This document shows, piece after piece, positions 24,804 to 33,360 of a DNA stretch of 59,546 bases. The stretch spans positions 1 to 59,546 of the forward strand of contig CAZXKC010000006.1 in NCBI GenBank assembly GCA_964641225.1, in the 5' to 3' direction. Made by a program: the position numbers and the translations under genes. The DNA comes from an uncultured Candidatus Saccharibacteria bacterium. GTDB taxonomy: Bacteria; Patescibacteriota; Minisyncoccia; UBA6257; 1-14-0-10-44-23. The stretch's first letter is position 1; every line of letters begins with the position of its first letter. Under the pieces are notes generated by a model. That model had not been told where the DNA came from. It did not search any database and was given only the letters and a program-made list of their open reading frames with translations.

Positions 24804-26057
24804 ATGAGACAGAGTCAACTTTTCACTAAAACACGCAAAGAGGTTCCTTCCGACGAAGTTGCAAAAAATGCGCAGCTGTTAATTCGCGCCGGCTACATTC
24901 ATAAGGAGATGGCGGGGGTCTATGCGTACCTTCCTCTTGGTTTGCGCGTGCTTAACAATATTCAAAATATTATTCGAGAAGAGATGAATGCGGTTGGGGG
25001 TGTTGAAATACAGATGACTGCCCTCCAGGATAAAGAAAAATGGGAAAAGAGCAATCGATGGGACGACAAAGTAGTTGATGTCTGGTTTAAAACTAAATTG
25101 AAAAACGATCAGGAGGTCGGCCTTGGTTTTACGCATGACGAGGCGCTTATTGATATTTTGAAAAATTATATTGCGTCATATAAAGATTTGCCCCGTTATA
25201 TCTACCAGATTCAAAATAAGTTCAGAAATGAATTACGTTCTAAGAGCGGCATTATGCGAGGACGGGAATTTTTGATGAAGGATTTATATTCGTTTACTCG
25301 CACGCAAGCAGAGCTCGATGCGTTTTACGAAAAAGTGGCCCAGGCCTATCATCGAATTTTTGAGCGTTGTGGTATCGGCAGCAAAACATATTACACGTTC
25401 TCAAGCGGTGGAACATTTGCGCAGTATTCTCATGAATTTCAAACGATATCTGATGCCGGTGAGGATAAGATTTTTGTGGATGAAAAGAAAAAGATTGCTA
25501 TCAATCATGAAGTTATGAATGATGAAGTTCTCAAAAGTCTCGACATTAATAAAGTTGATTTGGTTGAGAAGAAAGGTATCGAGGTTGGAAATATTTTCCG
25601 TCAGGGGACTCGTTTTACAGATGCTCTGGGCGTCTACTACACAGATGAAAAAGGTGATCGTCAGTCGTTGTACATGGGCGGATATGGTATTGGCGTAAGC
25701 CGTGTCATGGGAACAATTGTTGAGGTCTTAGGGGACGACAAAGGATTGGTCTGGCCAAAGGAGATTGCGCCGTTTGCTGTGCATTTGGTTTCGATCGCCG
25801 GAAAGACTGGCGAGAAGATTACTGCGGCAGCCGATACGTTGTACGCAGATTTAACCAAGGCTGGAGTAGAAGTTTTGTATGATGACCGTGACATTTCTGC
25901 AGGTGGAAAGCTTGCCGATGCAGATTTAATTGGAATTCCAATGCGAATTGTGATCAGCGAAAAGACATTAGAAAAGGATTCTGTTGAGGTGAAGGATCGC
26001 GTGAGCGGGGAGGTGAAGATGATGGCTCTCTCAGAGATTGTGGGTGCAGTTGCGTAA
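24804..26057 (+). CDS. proS: Proline--tRNA ligase (short form without the large INS editing domain)
   Basis: 417 aa. Class II ProRS N-terminus (MRQSQLFTKTRKE..AGYI) and a C-terminal anticodon-binding domain. TGgTAGTAT lies 7 nt before the ATG. Confidence 0.88.
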   Translation: MRQSQLFTKTRKEVPSDEVAKNAQLLIRAGYIHKEMAGVYAYLPLGLRVLNNIQNIIREEMNAVGGVEIQMTALQDKEKWEKSNRWDDKVVDVWFKTKLKNDQEVGLGFTHDEALIDILKNYIASYKDLPRYIYQIQNKFRNELRSKSGIMRGREFLMKDLYSFTRTQAELDAFYEKVAQAYHRIFERCGIGSKTYYTFSSGGTFAQYSHEFQTISDAGEDKIFVDEKKKIAINHEVMNDEVLKSLDINKVDLVEKKGIEVGNIFRQGTRFTDALGVYYTDEKGDRQSLYMGGYGIGVSRVMGTIVEVLGDDKGLVWPKEIAPFAVHLVSIAGKTGEKITAAADTLYADLTKAGVEVLYDDRDISAGGKLADADLIGIPMRIVISEKTLEKDSVEVKDRVSGEVKMMALSEIVGAVA

Positions 26058-27168
26058 GCACTCCTGTTCCTGCTACCATGAGCAGCACCACAGAAACGCT
26101 GCTTTCTTGTATATGAAAATCAAAAATCCTTTTAGTTTTTTTAGACACAATGTTGGTATTGATTTAGGCACAGCTAACACGCTTATTTATGTAAGCGGAC
26201 GAGGTATTGTGGTTAACGAGCCAACGGCTGTAGCTCTTAATACAAAGACTAATAAAGTGGTGGCAGTAGGTCATGAGGCAAAGGCAATGCTCGGCCGTAC
26301 ACCTTTACACATGAGCGTGGTTCGTCCGCTCATTGGCGGAGTTATTAGTGACTTTGAAATGGCGCAGGAAATTTTGCGCCAATTTTTAAAAAAGCTTGCG
26401 AAGGGAAGTACGTTTTCATATTATCAGCACGCCGTTGTCGGTGTGCCAGCTGATCTGACCGAGGTTGAGCGAAAGTCGGTTGAAGACGCTGTTATCGGTG
26501 CGGGTGTGAGTCAGGCATATATTATAGAAAGCGCGATTGCTTCGGCGCTTGGTGCGCGTCTGCCGGTTGGTGATCCGGTCGCCAACATGATTATTGATAT
26601 CGGCGGTGGTACGACTGAGATCGCAATTATTTCAATGGGCGGTGCGGTAACGATTCGTAGTTTAAAAATCGGCGGCGATAAATTAAATGATGATATCGTG
26701 AAATTTGTTCGTGATGAGTTTCAATTAATTATTGGTGAGCCGACTGCAGAGGCGATTAAGATTGAGCTTGGTAGTGCAATTCCAGTTAACGACAAGCTGG
26801 AGATGGCGATTTCCGGAAGAGACCTGCTTACCGGTTTGCCAAAAGAGGTGCTTCTTAAAGACATGCATGTTCGCGCCGCTATTAATAAGTCATTGCGACA
26901 GATTGTTGAGACCGCTAAAGAGGTTATTGAAACAGCTCCACCGGAACTCGCCGGCGACTTGCTTAAGCGCGGTGTGTATTTGTGCGGCGGAGGCAGTTTG
27001 CTGCGCGGTATTGATGTGCTGATGAGCAAAGAGCTCGCGACTACAGCAACGGTCGTTGATGATCCGCTGACCTGTGCGGCTCGAGGTGCCGGCATTGCAG
27101 TTGAGAATCTTGAAAAATACGACTATATTTTAAATAGCCCGCTTAAGCCACGCGACATTAAACTGTAA
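26038..27168 (+). CDS. mreB: Rod shape-determining protein MreB (paralog 2)
   Basis: VGIDLGTANT and IGGGTTEIAI motifs. The likelier start is the ATG at 26113 (MKIKNPFSFF..). Confidence 0.9.
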   Translation: MWVQLRKHSCSCYHEQHHRNAAFLYMKIKNPFSFFRHNVGIDLGTANTLIYVSGRGIVVNEPTAVALNTKTNKVVAVGHEAKAMLGRTPLHMSVVRPLIGGVISDFEMAQEILRQFLKKLAKGSTFSYYQHAVVGVPADLTEVERKSVEDAVIGAGVSQAYIIESAIASALGARLPVGDPVANMIIDIGGGTTEIAIISMGGAVTIRSLKIGGDKLNDDIVKFVRDEFQLIIGEPTAEAIKIELGSAIPVNDKLEMAISGRDLLTGLPKEVLLKDMHVRAAINKSLRQIVETAKEVIETAPPELAGDLLKRGVYLCGGGSLLRGIDVLMSKELATTATVVDDPLTCAARGAGIAVENLEKYDYILNSPLKPRDIKL

Positions 27169-27187
27169 GAAGGTATAGTATTACCTC

Positions 27188-27928
27188 ATGCCCCGTTCTC
27201 GACTGATTGTTTCAATCGCAATTTTTTCAGCACTGTTTGTTCTAGGACAATTATTTTTTGTGCCTAAGACGGCTATGAATTCGGCAATTCTTACCGCGCT
27301 CCAGGCGCCGCGGATTTTTTTTAGCGCGTTGCGGAATAAGCATACGCTTATCACGCAACTTCAGGATTTAGGTATTGAGAACCAGGCCCTGCGCGGGCAG
27401 CTTGCTCAGGCATATGCGATACCGCACATTATGGAAGAGGGGCGCGATCAGTATGTGCGTGCCGTCGTCTATTCGGTATACCCTTTGACGAGTTCGAAAA
27501 TTCTTACAATTGGCGCAGGGTCCGAGGATGGTGTCGCTGTTGGTATGCCTGTGTTAGTAAAGCCAGGACTGTTTATTGGCGAGGTTGCGCAGGTGTTTGA
27601 TAATCAGAGTCTTGTACGCACTATTTTTGACGCCGGGCAAACAGCCTCAAGTACCTCATGGCAGCTTGCCGTTAAAATTGGGAAAGGTGCAACTGACGCA
27701 TTGCTTGTTGCTGATGCTGAGCCGCGCCTGACAATTATCTCTCGCAAGAAAGCAATTGCTGTAGGTGATGATGTGACGCTCGCAGGCAAACAATATCCGT
27801 ATGGTCTTTCGGTCGGCTCAGTCGGATCAATTATTGATAATCCAAGTAGCGTATTTTTAGAGGCGGTGCTTTCGCAGGCATATTCATTTACGGATTTAAA
27901 TGAGGTATTTGTGCTTTTACCGCGATGA
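27188..27928 (+). CDS. mreC: Rod shape-determining protein MreC
   Basis: N-terminal anchor, coiled coil (LQDLGIENQALRGQLAQ) and a beta-rich C-terminus. Sits in mreB-mreC-mreD-mrdA order. Confidence 0.8.
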   Translation: MPRSRLIVSIAIFSALFVLGQLFFVPKTAMNSAILTALQAPRIFFSALRNKHTLITQLQDLGIENQALRGQLAQAYAIPHIMEEGRDQYVRAVVYSVYPLTSSKILTIGAGSEDGVAVGMPVLVKPGLFIGEVAQVFDNQSLVRTIFDAGQTASSTSWQLAVKIGKGATDALLVADAEPRLTIISRKKAIAVGDDVTLAGKQYPYGLSVGSVGSIIDNPSSVFLEAVLSQAYSFTDLNEVFVLLPR

Positions 27929-28392
27929 CAATCGCTGCGCGTGTTAGTCTGATTTCTATCATTGCAGTCGCGTGTGCAGCTGTACTGATGCGCGTGCCTT
28001 TATTTACTATCGGCCCGGTGCAGCCCAATCTTATATTGTGTGTGCTTATTGCATCATCGCTTTTTACTACGAACGGTTCATTTTTCGCCGTGCTTGTTGC
28101 GGTAACTACCATTTTTGCCCGACCAAGTCCCGCATTTTTCGATCCATTTACAATTGGGTTGGTTGTAGCAGCATTTTTTATTTTTTTTATTAAGAAATAT
28201 GCCGTGTGGCCGAATCGTCTTGGCGTCATTATCCTTGCTGCGCTAAGCACTATTACTATGTATCTTATTGTTTCTGTGCGTTTTATTGGTACGCATCCGT
28301 GGTTATTTTTCTTTGAACTTATTGCTAATATTGTTGTCAGTATTTGTATTTTTGAATTTTTTACCCTGCTGATCGGTCGGCGACATGAGTAA
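27925..28392 (+). CDS. mreD: Rod shape-determining protein MreD
   Basis: 155-aa polytopic membrane protein overlapping the mreC stop. The call rests on gene order. Confidence 0.65.
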   Translation: MTIAARVSLISIIAVACAAVLMRVPLFTIGPVQPNLILCVLIASSLFTTNGSFFAVLVAVTTIFARPSPAFFDPFTIGLVVAAFFIFFIKKYAVWPNRLGVIILAALSTITMYLIVSVRFIGTHPWLFFFELIANIVVSICIFEFFTLLIGRRHE

Positions 28393-28596
28393 GATAGCGG
28401 GTCGAGGATTTGTAGTATGCTCTGTGGTAGTATAGTGGCACAGATTTTATGCCCGGTGCGACAGCTGCGATCTCTCCGCGATCCTGTTCCGTACTGGCAC
28501 ACATAGAGTCTGAGACGCATTAACATTCTTTATGTATATATCTATGTCGTTTCCCGAGAGTATTATTAACCCCCAATCGCAGTTGTAGCACCGGGT

Positions 28597-30462
28597 ATGC
28601 GCCGAAGGAAAGATTTAATTTTTGAAGAATTCACGCCTGAGCCTGCTGGGCAGAGCGAGGTGGATTATATTGAAGTTCCCGTATCTTCTACCGTATTCGT
28701 GGTCATGAGTATTGGTATCTTAGTCGTTCTGGCAGGATTATTTAGCCGCCTGGCATATCTGAATGTAGGACAGCATAGTTTTTACGCTGCGCGCGCAATT
28801 GGTAATGTTAACTTGCAGCGGCCGGTGCCGGCCCAGCGCGGAACGATTACTGACAGGTATGGTGAGGTGTTGGCAAAAAATACTGATACATTTAGCGTGT
28901 TTGCCGATGCGCCGACACTTTTAAAAGATCGGCAGCAACTGGATGCAATTTTGAGTCAGCTTTCGGCAACGCTGGATACGCCGATTGAAACGCTTGAGTC
29001 TGCCTTTGCCGCTGCTGATTATGAGCAGGCGTCGGAGATTCCTATCGTTCGCAACATTAGCCCCGAGGCTGCTATTGCGGTACGCGGCCTAAATCTTCCT
29101 TCGATTGTTGTTGAAAATGATTTGCGAAGACAATATATTGACGGGCAGATTTTTGCGCCGATTATCGGTTATACGGGAACGCAGGATAATAATCCGGTGG
29201 TTATAGGAAAGGCCGGACTGGAGCGTACGTACGATGCTTTGCTGCGCGGAACAGACGGTATATATATCACAACCCGAGATGCAAAAGGCAAGATTCTTGA
29301 TACGCATCTTAATAGTGATCCTGTTTCCGGAAAATCAATTGCTACGACTATTGATGCGGAATTGCAGCGCTATTTTTACCAACGGTTACAGCAAGGATTG
29401 AGATCCTTAGGAATTTTTTCCGGCGTTGGCATGGCTATGGATCCGAAAACAGGGGAGATTTTAGCTATGGTTTCTTTGCCAAGTTATGACAACAATCTTT
29501 TCGTGACCCCTGGGCAAAGTGCGGCTCGTTCTGCGCTTTTAACTGACGCCGTTCGCAAACCACTTTTCAACCGCGCTGTCTCGGGCGCATATAACCCCGG
29601 TTCAACTATTAAGCCGCTCGTTGCAATGGCGGCGCTTCACGAAAAAATTATTACTCCTAATGACACGATTTATTCTGCGGGATATATCGATGTACCTAAC
29701 CCTTATGTTCCAGATAAGCCGAGTAGATTCGTAGAGTTTAATATGCACCAGTATGGCTGGGTAGATGTGCGTAGTGCGCTCGCAAAGTCGAGTAACATTT
29801 ATTTTTATACGGTCGGCGGCGGGTTTGGCGGTATTGCCGGCCTTGGTCTTGATCGGCTGCATCATTATTGGGAAAAATTTGGACTTGGCCAGAAAACGGG
29901 CGTAGGTATTGACCCTGAGTCGGCTGGATTTTTACCGACAGCAGAGGAGAAGCAGGAGCGTACGCATCAGCCGTGGAGACTCGGTGATACATTTAACGTT
30001 TCTATCGGACAGGGCGATTTGCTTGTGTCTCCGGTTCAGTTATTAAATTTGTATGCCTCTATCGCAAATGACGGGGTGATGTATAAGCCCTCGCTGATTC
30101 ATGCGATTAACGGCGAGGCCGTCGCACCGTCTCAGGTTGTGCTTGATTATAGCGATTGGCGTACTGAACTAAGCGAGGTGCAGGCCGGACTGCGCGATGG
30201 TGTTCAAAAGACTTATGGTACATCGTATACGCTTAATACGCTGCCGTTTACTATTGCCGCAAAAACCGGCAGTGCTCAGATTAAAAATAATTCTGAAACA
30301 AACGCCTTTTTCGTTGGCTATGCACCATATGAAGATCCGCGGATTGTTGTCTCAATTCTTGTAGAAAACGCGCAGACTGGCGCGCTTAACGCCGTGCCTG
30401 TTGCTAAAGATATTTTGAATTGGTATTACGAAAATCGGCTTAATAAACAAGATAGCGAATAA
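28597..30462 (+). CDS. mrdA: Penicillin-binding protein 2 (elongasome transpeptidase)
   Basis: STIKP (SxxK), SNIY (SxN) and KTGSA (KTG) motifs. N-terminal TM segment and pedestal domain. Confidence 0.9.
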   Translation: MRRRKDLIFEEFTPEPAGQSEVDYIEVPVSSTVFVVMSIGILVVLAGLFSRLAYLNVGQHSFYAARAIGNVNLQRPVPAQRGTITDRYGEVLAKNTDTFSVFADAPTLLKDRQQLDAILSQLSATLDTPIETLESAFAAADYEQASEIPIVRNISPEAAIAVRGLNLPSIVVENDLRRQYIDGQIFAPIIGYTGTQDNNPVVIGKAGLERTYDALLRGTDGIYITTRDAKGKILDTHLNSDPVSGKSIATTIDAELQRYFYQRLQQGLRSLGIFSGVGMAMDPKTGEILAMVSLPSYDNNLFVTPGQSAARSALLTDAVRKPLFNRAVSGAYNPGSTIKPLVAMAALHEKIITPNDTIYSAGYIDVPNPYVPDKPSRFVEFNMHQYGWVDVRSALAKSSNIYFYTVGGGFGGIAGLGLDRLHHYWEKFGLGQKTGVGIDPESAGFLPTAEEKQERTHQPWRLGDTFNVSIGQGDLLVSPVQLLNLYASIANDGVMYKPSLIHAINGEAVAPSQVVLDYSDWRTELSEVQAGLRDGVQKTYGTSYTLNTLPFTIAAKTGSAQIKNNSETNAFFVGYAPYEDPRIVVSILVENAQTGALNAVPVAKDILNWYYENRLNKQDSE

Positions 30463-30567
30463 AAACGCGCAGGTGCCTTTTTTTATCTGGTTTATGAAAA
30501 TATGTTGACCAGAGTTGCGCTGACTGTTTTAAAGATACTAGTCGCCCGGAGGGAATAAGGTACTATG

Positions 30568-30591
30568 GAATATATCATATATGATATATTC
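30568..30591. repeat. 24-bp perfect palindrome GAATATATCATATATGATATATTC (recurrent motif copy 3)
   Basis: Read directly. The ATG of the downstream ORF (30581) is in the palindrome centre. Confidence 0.9.
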
Positions 30592-31042
30592 TCAGCCGAT
30601 TATCGTGACGCTTGTTACCTCTGCTTTACCTATTATTGAGCGCGGTGCCGTGCCGCTCGGACTGGGTCTTGGGCTTTCGCCGTTTGCTACCTACGTTGTG
30701 GTTGTGCTGGGCAATATGCTGCCGGTGCTGCCACTACTTTTTTTCTTGAGATATATATCGCAGTGGGCGATAGAGCATATTCCGCTGGCGCAACGCGCGT
30801 TAACCTGGGTTTTTGATCATGTGCGCAGCAAGGAGGGTAAAAAAATGGAGGCGTTTGGGTTTGGTGCACTTGTGTTGTTAGTCGCAATTCCATCGCCAGT
30901 GACGGGAATATGGACCGCCAGCGTGGTTGCTTATCTTATTAAGATGCCGATTAAAAAAGCATTTTTTGCAATTTTGCTGGGCGTTTTGATCGCCACTGCG
31001 TTGCTCTTGGCAGGCACACTTGGTATCATTAAGCTACTTTAG
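30581..31042 (+). CDS. Small membrane protein, COG2426 / putative small multidrug export family
   Basis: 153 aa, 4 TM segments. The N-terminal LPIIERGAVPLGL motif resembles this family. Confidence 0.55.
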   Translation: MIYSQPIIVTLVTSALPIIERGAVPLGLGLGLSPFATYVVVVLGNMLPVLPLLFFLRYISQWAIEHIPLAQRALTWVFDHVRSKEGKKMEAFGFGALVLLVAIPSPVTGIWTASVVAYLIKMPIKKAFFAILLGVLIATALLLAGTLGIIKLL

Positions 31043-31044
31043 CT

Positions 31045-31788
31045 ATGAAACTTCTTATCGCAAACTGGAAAGAAAATCCGCTGACTGCAGCCGAGGCTAT
31101 GGCGCTTGCAAAGGCCTCCGACGTAGAGGGTGTTGTTGTCTGTCCGCCGCACGTATTTATCGGTGCCGCTGTAAAAACACTCAAGAAGGCTGCGCTTGGT
31201 GCTCAGGATGGATTTTATGAACCGCAGGGTCCGTTTACGGGCGAGGTTTCAATGGCTCAGCTTGCTGGAGTTGGGGTGCGTTATGTGATCATTGGCCATT
31301 CTGCGCGGCGCGCGCTCGGTGAGGATGATACGATTGTTGCCAAAAAAGTTGCCGCTGCATTTGAGGCCGGTCTTATCCCGGTGTTATGTATCGGGGAGAC
31401 AAAAGAAGATCACGATGCCGGGCGTACAAAAGAGGTGATTGATCGTCAGTTGCGAGCCGCATTTTCTCGCATTCCTGCAGAGCATAGCGGCGCTGCTAAA
31501 GAGGCAATTATTACCTACGAACCAGTCTGGGCGATTAGTACAAATCAGACGCCAGGGGTGACTCCGGTTTCTGACAGTCCGGCCTCGGCGCAAACGATTG
31601 TTCGATACTTGGAGGGAATTGTGCGTGGCCTGCCGATCAGTCCAAAATTTATGTATGGCGGTTCAGTTAATGAAGAGACGCTTGAAGGATTTCTAGCGTG
31701 TCCGGAGTTTAGCGGGGCGCTTGTTGGAGCGGCGAGTTTGCGCGCCGACGAATTTAAAAAAATGATTAAGATTGCGCAGAAGCTTTAG
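31045..31788 (+). CDS. tpiA: Triosephosphate isomerase
   Basis: ANWKEN, IIGHSARR, CIGET, YEPVWAI and YGGSV motifs. Confidence 0.92.
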   Translation: MKLLIANWKENPLTAAEAMALAKASDVEGVVVCPPHVFIGAAVKTLKKAALGAQDGFYEPQGPFTGEVSMAQLAGVGVRYVIIGHSARRALGEDDTIVAKKVAAAFEAGLIPVLCIGETKEDHDAGRTKEVIDRQLRAAFSRIPAEHSGAAKEAIITYEPVWAISTNQTPGVTPVSDSPASAQTIVRYLEGIVRGLPISPKFMYGGSVNEETLEGFLACPEFSGALVGAASLRADEFKKMIKIAQKL

Positions 31789-31861
31789 ATTTTGTACCTG
31801 TAACATTGTCGGGATTTTGTCTGTTATACTTAGGACAGAAACATAATTATTTATTATTTCT

Positions 31862-32641
31862 ATGGCGACACAGTCGACACATGATTATTCAGTAAAATCA
31901 ATTTTTTGGTATCTCCTTAACGGAGTGCTTGTTGTAGTAACTGTTTTTGGGCTCATGGGCGTAGGAACTCTTGTTCGGTACAGTAACGCGATTGCGCCGA
32001 GCCGCACGATTCAGGTGAGCGGCGAGGGCAAGGTAGATATTGTTCCGGATGTGGCCACAATTTCAGCCTCTGTTGTTACCCGCGGTTCTGATGCAAATAA
32101 AGTACAGACTGAGAGTACGCAGAAAATGAACGCTGCTGTTGCCTTTGTCAAAAGCCAGGGTGTGCCGACGGCTGATATAAAGACAACCGGATTTAATTTG
32201 TATCCGACTAGTCGCTACGAACCAAACACCGGCGCTCAAATCCCAACCGGTTTTGAGGCAACACAGACGATCACCATCAAAGTCCGCGGCATTGATCAGA
32301 GTGCTCAAAAGGCGAGTATGATTGCTGGTGGTTTGGTGCCTGCCGGTGCAAATCAACTTTCTGGTATTCAGTATGATATTGAAAATCCAGACGCACAGCG
32401 CAACGCCGCTCGCCAGATGGCATTTGATAATGCCTTCGAAAAGGCTCGCAGTATGGCTGCGCAAAACCGAGTTCGTATCGCGCGCGTGATAACGTTCTCA
32501 GAAAGTGCTGATTATGGTGGTCCGATTTACTATGCAAAAGGCGGTATTGCCATGGACGCTGCCGCGCCGTCTGCTCCAAGTATAGAGCCGGGCACTCAGG
32601 AGGTGAAAATGAATGTCAGCGTGACCTACGAAATTCGCTAG
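31862..32641 (+). CDS. SIMPL (DUF541) domain protein
   Basis: N-terminal anchor plus IQVSGEGKVDIVPDVA.. and C-terminal EPGTQEV..V.V.YEI, typical of the SIMPL/BP26 family. Confidence 0.75.
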   Translation: MATQSTHDYSVKSIFWYLLNGVLVVVTVFGLMGVGTLVRYSNAIAPSRTIQVSGEGKVDIVPDVATISASVVTRGSDANKVQTESTQKMNAAVAFVKSQGVPTADIKTTGFNLYPTSRYEPNTGAQIPTGFEATQTITIKVRGIDQSAQKASMIAGGLVPAGANQLSGIQYDIENPDAQRNAARQMAFDNAFEKARSMAAQNRVRIARVITFSESADYGGPIYYAKGGIAMDAAAPSAPSIEPGTQEVKMNVSVTYEIR

Positions 32642-32742
32642 TTGTTTTTACGGGGTTTGGCGCTATACGGGAACGAGGTTCTATCCCGTTCTGCGCCAAA
32701 CCCTTTCTGCTTTTTTCTCGTAGTACGTTATACTATGAGTGT

Positions 32743-33021
32743 ATGAGGTATTTTTTAGCACTCTTTCTTCTGATTATTACCGTATTTATCGGCGCGCAAA
32801 GCTACCGTCTTTTGGTGCAGCGCGCTGATTATACCAAGCATACGCAGGAGTTGGAGGGTCAGGCGCATGAGATCTCTGCTGAAAATACTGCGCTCGCCAA
32901 AGATATTCAGTTTTACCAAAATCCGGCAAACGCAACCAAAGAGCTGCAGTCAAAAGTAAATTATCGTAAGCCCGACGAACAGATTATTATTCTGGTACCT
33001 GCCGATGACACTACGCGTTAG
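32743..33021 (+). CDS. Septum formation initiator (FtsB/DivIC-like) protein
   Basis: 92 aa. One TM segment followed by a coiled coil. TATACT lies 8 nt upstream of the ATG. Confidence 0.6.
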   Translation: MRYFLALFLLIITVFIGAQSYRLLVQRADYTKHTQELEGQAHEISAENTALAKDIQFYQNPANATKELQSKVNYRKPDEQIIILVPADDTTR

Positions 33022-33194
33022 TTGCAAATGTATGTCTGCTAACGTTAGAATAGGTCAATCTTAGTGCAGGATTAGCTATGCTGGGTTTTTGTAAGCAGGC
33101 AAAAACGGGCAGCTTCTGATAAACTATTCGATTGAAAGCTGCCCGGGTATATGCGTGATCTTTCCCAAGCCGGGCAGTAGAGATGTGAGAAGGT

Positions 33195-33265
33195 GCGGGC
33201 GTAGTATAATGGCAGTACGCGACCTTCCCAAGGTTGAGGCGTGAGTTCGATTCTCATCGTCCGCT
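33195..33265 (+). tRNA. tRNA-Gly (anticodon CCC)
   Basis: Hand-folded. Acceptor GCGGGCG/CGTCCGC, anticodon stem CGACC/GGTTG with loop TTCCCAA, T-arm GTGAG-TTCGATT-CTCAT. CCA is not encoded. Confidence 0.85.
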
Positions 33266-33360
33266 CAAAGTAGCTCGCATCACACTACCCGGTAACAGTT
33301 AAGCAACGGCTTCGATTCCCGTATCCTGCTCATGGTACTATAAGCTAACTTTGCTATGCT

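Noticed and set aside
27888-28526. 212-aa minus-strand ORF overlapping mreD.
   Set aside because: It is antisense to mreD within the conserved mreBCD-mrdA order. Its composition is atypical (Cys/Arg/Ile-rich).
28393-28596. Possible tRNA or sRNA in the mreD-mrdA spacer (GGTAGTATAGTGGCAC resembles a D-arm).
   Set aside because: No T-arm or acceptor pairing could be built. The TGGTAGTATAG string more likely belongs to the promoter type also seen before proS.
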